Shown in pieces: positions 62,463 to 64,000 of a stretch of DNA of 64,000 bases; position 1 is the stretch's first letter, and each line of letters starts with the position of its first letter. The notes under the pieces were generated by a model. The model was not told where the DNA came from, did not search any database, and saw only the letters and a program-made list of their open reading frames with translations. Source of the DNA: Chamaesiphon sp. Lineage in GTDB: Bacteria > Cyanobacteriota > Cyanobacteriia > Cyanobacteriales > Chamaesiphonaceae. The stretch lies in assembly GCA_965246715.1 (NCBI GenBank), contig CBDFFH010000051.1, positions 64,001 to 128,000 on the forward strand, given 5' to 3'. The translations under genes were made by a program, and so were the position numbers.

Positions 62463-63275
62463 ATGGTAAATCCTGATTCTACTGTAATCCTGGCATCGCT
62501 CCAATCATTAATCGATGTCGTCGCTAAATTGAGAGATCCTGTCGGCGGTTGTCCGTGGGATTTGGCACAGACTCCTGAGAGCTTGACTCCATATATCGTT
62601 GAAGAAGCTTATGAGGCTGTACATGCGATTCGCAGTGGCGATCGAGACGCGATCGTGTCAGAATTGGGCGATGTGTTGTTGCAAGTAGTTTTACAAGCTC
62701 AAATTGCCAGCGAAGCGGGGCAATTTACACTTGAGGAGGTTGCCGATGGCATCCGTGAAAAATTAATCCGCCGGCACCCTCATGTATTTGGCGATGTGCA
62801 GGTAGCAGACGTAGCGGAAGTTAGGGCAAATTGGGAACAGATCAAGGCACTAGAGAAAGGTACAACTACCGCATCGCTCAGCGATAAGTTGAGTAGCTAC
62901 ACTGAAAAATTCCCACCCCTAACTGCGGCGATGAAAATCTCCAAGCAAGCAGCCGCAATGGGATTTGAGTGGGAAAATGTCGATGGCGTGTGGGAAAAAT
63001 TTGAAGAAGAGTTAGCCGAATTTAAAGAAGCACTCGCTACCCCCGACACGGCACATCAAGCAGCAGAATTAGGCGATTTATTATTTACCGTCGTCAATCT
63101 CGCGCGGTGGTTCAAACTCGACCCCGAAGCCGGATTGAGCAGCACCAATCAACGGTTTGTCGATCGCATCCACCAAATGGAAGGATATGTCGATCGACCC
63201 CTAACAGATTACACGATCGCCGAACTAGAAACGCTCTGGCAACAAGCAAAACAGAGATTGGCTCAAGGAATATGA
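62463..63275 (+). CDS. mazG: Nucleoside triphosphate pyrophosphohydrolase MazG
   Basis: LRDPVGGCPWD, EEAYE, ELGDVLLQ, KLIRRHPHVFG, second ELGDLLF. Confidence 0.95.
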   Translation: MVNPDSTVILASLQSLIDVVAKLRDPVGGCPWDLAQTPESLTPYIVEEAYEAVHAIRSGDRDAIVSELGDVLLQVVLQAQIASEAGQFTLEEVADGIREKLIRRHPHVFGDVQVADVAEVRANWEQIKALEKGTTTASLSDKLSSYTEKFPPLTAAMKISKQAAAMGFEWENVDGVWEKFEEELAEFKEALATPDTAHQAAELGDLLFTVVNLARWFKLDPEAGLSSTNQRFVDRIHQMEGYVDRPLTDYTIAELETLWQQAKQRLAQGI

Positions 63276-63311
63276 GACCCAATCCATAGATACTATTACT
63301 GTGACGACCCG

Positions 63312-63421
63312 AGGGTACCCACAAGCGGCGTTTTTATTCGGGGGGAACCCCCGAATAAAAAAACGACAAGACATGGGCACCCCTACAAGTTATCTGTAGG
63401 GGTGCCCCTTGTGGGTACCCT
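63312..63421. repeat. Inverted REP-like doublet; left copy interrupted by a 49-bp hairpin element
   Basis: AGGGTACCCACA[63324-63372]ATGGGCACCCCTAC ... GTAGGGGTGCCCCTTGTGGGTACCCT. Confidence 0.82.
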
Positions 63422-63486
63422 GAAGATCTACGGTGATTACTAGCGATCGCGTACTGGTGCCAGATGTGAGATTATAAATTCATCAT

Positions 63487-63744
63487 TCATAACTCATCAT
63501 TTAGAAGACTTGCTCTACGCCCCGAGATTTCAGGAATCATGTCACATAATTTCCGCTCGATCCCCATTTTTAGCGTCATGGTGGAGCTGGGGCAAGATCC
63601 ACAAGCACCTTGAAGGCGGAGTTTGACGATCGGCCCATCGATATCGACTAATTCTACATTACCGCCGTCAGCCATCAGGTAAGGGCGTAAGGTATCGAGG
63701 ACGGTCTCGACGTTAGCGGGATTGAGTGTTAAAGCTTCAGACAT
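63487..63744 (-). CDS. nfuA: NifU/NfuA-like Fe-S scaffold with probable +1 frameshift near the C-terminus
   Basis: [24 protein letters not shown]; the shifted frame ends ...EISGVEQVF* at 63501. Confidence 0.9.
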   Translation of the reverse strand: MSEALTLNPANVETVLDTLRPYLMADGGNVELVDIDGPIVKLRLQGACGSCPSSTMTLKMGIERKLCDMIPEISGRRASLLNDEL

Positions 63745-63908
63745 AGTTTACTTAACCAAATTGAAAACGATCGACGATCGATATTAACAGCGATCCGATC
63801 TCGATCGTAACCGATCCTGCGGAATATTTCTGGAGCGATCGCGCAGTATTTACCGCTCTTGCGGTAGGGCAACTGCCGTAATCGGAACTCGGCTACGATC
63901 TCAGACTG

Positions 63909-64000
63909 CTAGAAGCTAGCTCTGACAGTAAATTCGTAGTCGCCACCCGCTTCTAACTGATAGTCCCACTGCTTCAAAAACCGCCCCAAAGCATCTTGAA
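63909..64000 (-). CDS. 3' end of a gene entering from the right edge
   Basis: ...QDALGRFLKQWDYQLEAGGDYEFTVRASF* open to the window edge. Confidence 0.65.
   Translation of the reverse strand, partial: QDALGRFLKQWDYQLEAGGDYEFTVRASF

Overview
Cyanobacterial chromosome segment, shown by pipX-pipY-sepF-proC, hli, psb32, ycf51, very dense HIP1/CGATCG and heptamer STRR repeats. The CGATCG density suggests a Chamaesiphon-like organism, but that is inference. Content is mostly housekeeping: a SNF2 helicase running off the left edge, cobG-cobH-cobI under a cobalamin riboswitch, cobK, sufU, wza-like exporter, GH38 mannosidase, der, ispD, egtD, ppx, mrdA, ychF, tRNA-Leu(TAG), mazG and nfu. The accessory layer is small-scale: an intact IS982 with three complete MITEs sharing its termini (one disrupts a sirtuin remnant), an IS630 with an A9 frameshift site, another MITE with a 10-bp TSD, and ~50-bp hairpin elements inserted into REP-like palindromes. 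The best system-level candidate is a receiver-TM-HlyD adaptor fusion followed by a coupled pelF-like/pelG-like pair. Also notable are an in-frame duplicate of the 3' end of a DUF4346 gene with only non-synonymous changes, two small ORFs missed by the ORF track, and a probable 1-bp frameshift in nfu. No CRISPR array, rRNA, prophage or reverse transcriptase was seen. All family calls come from motif recognition, not database searches.
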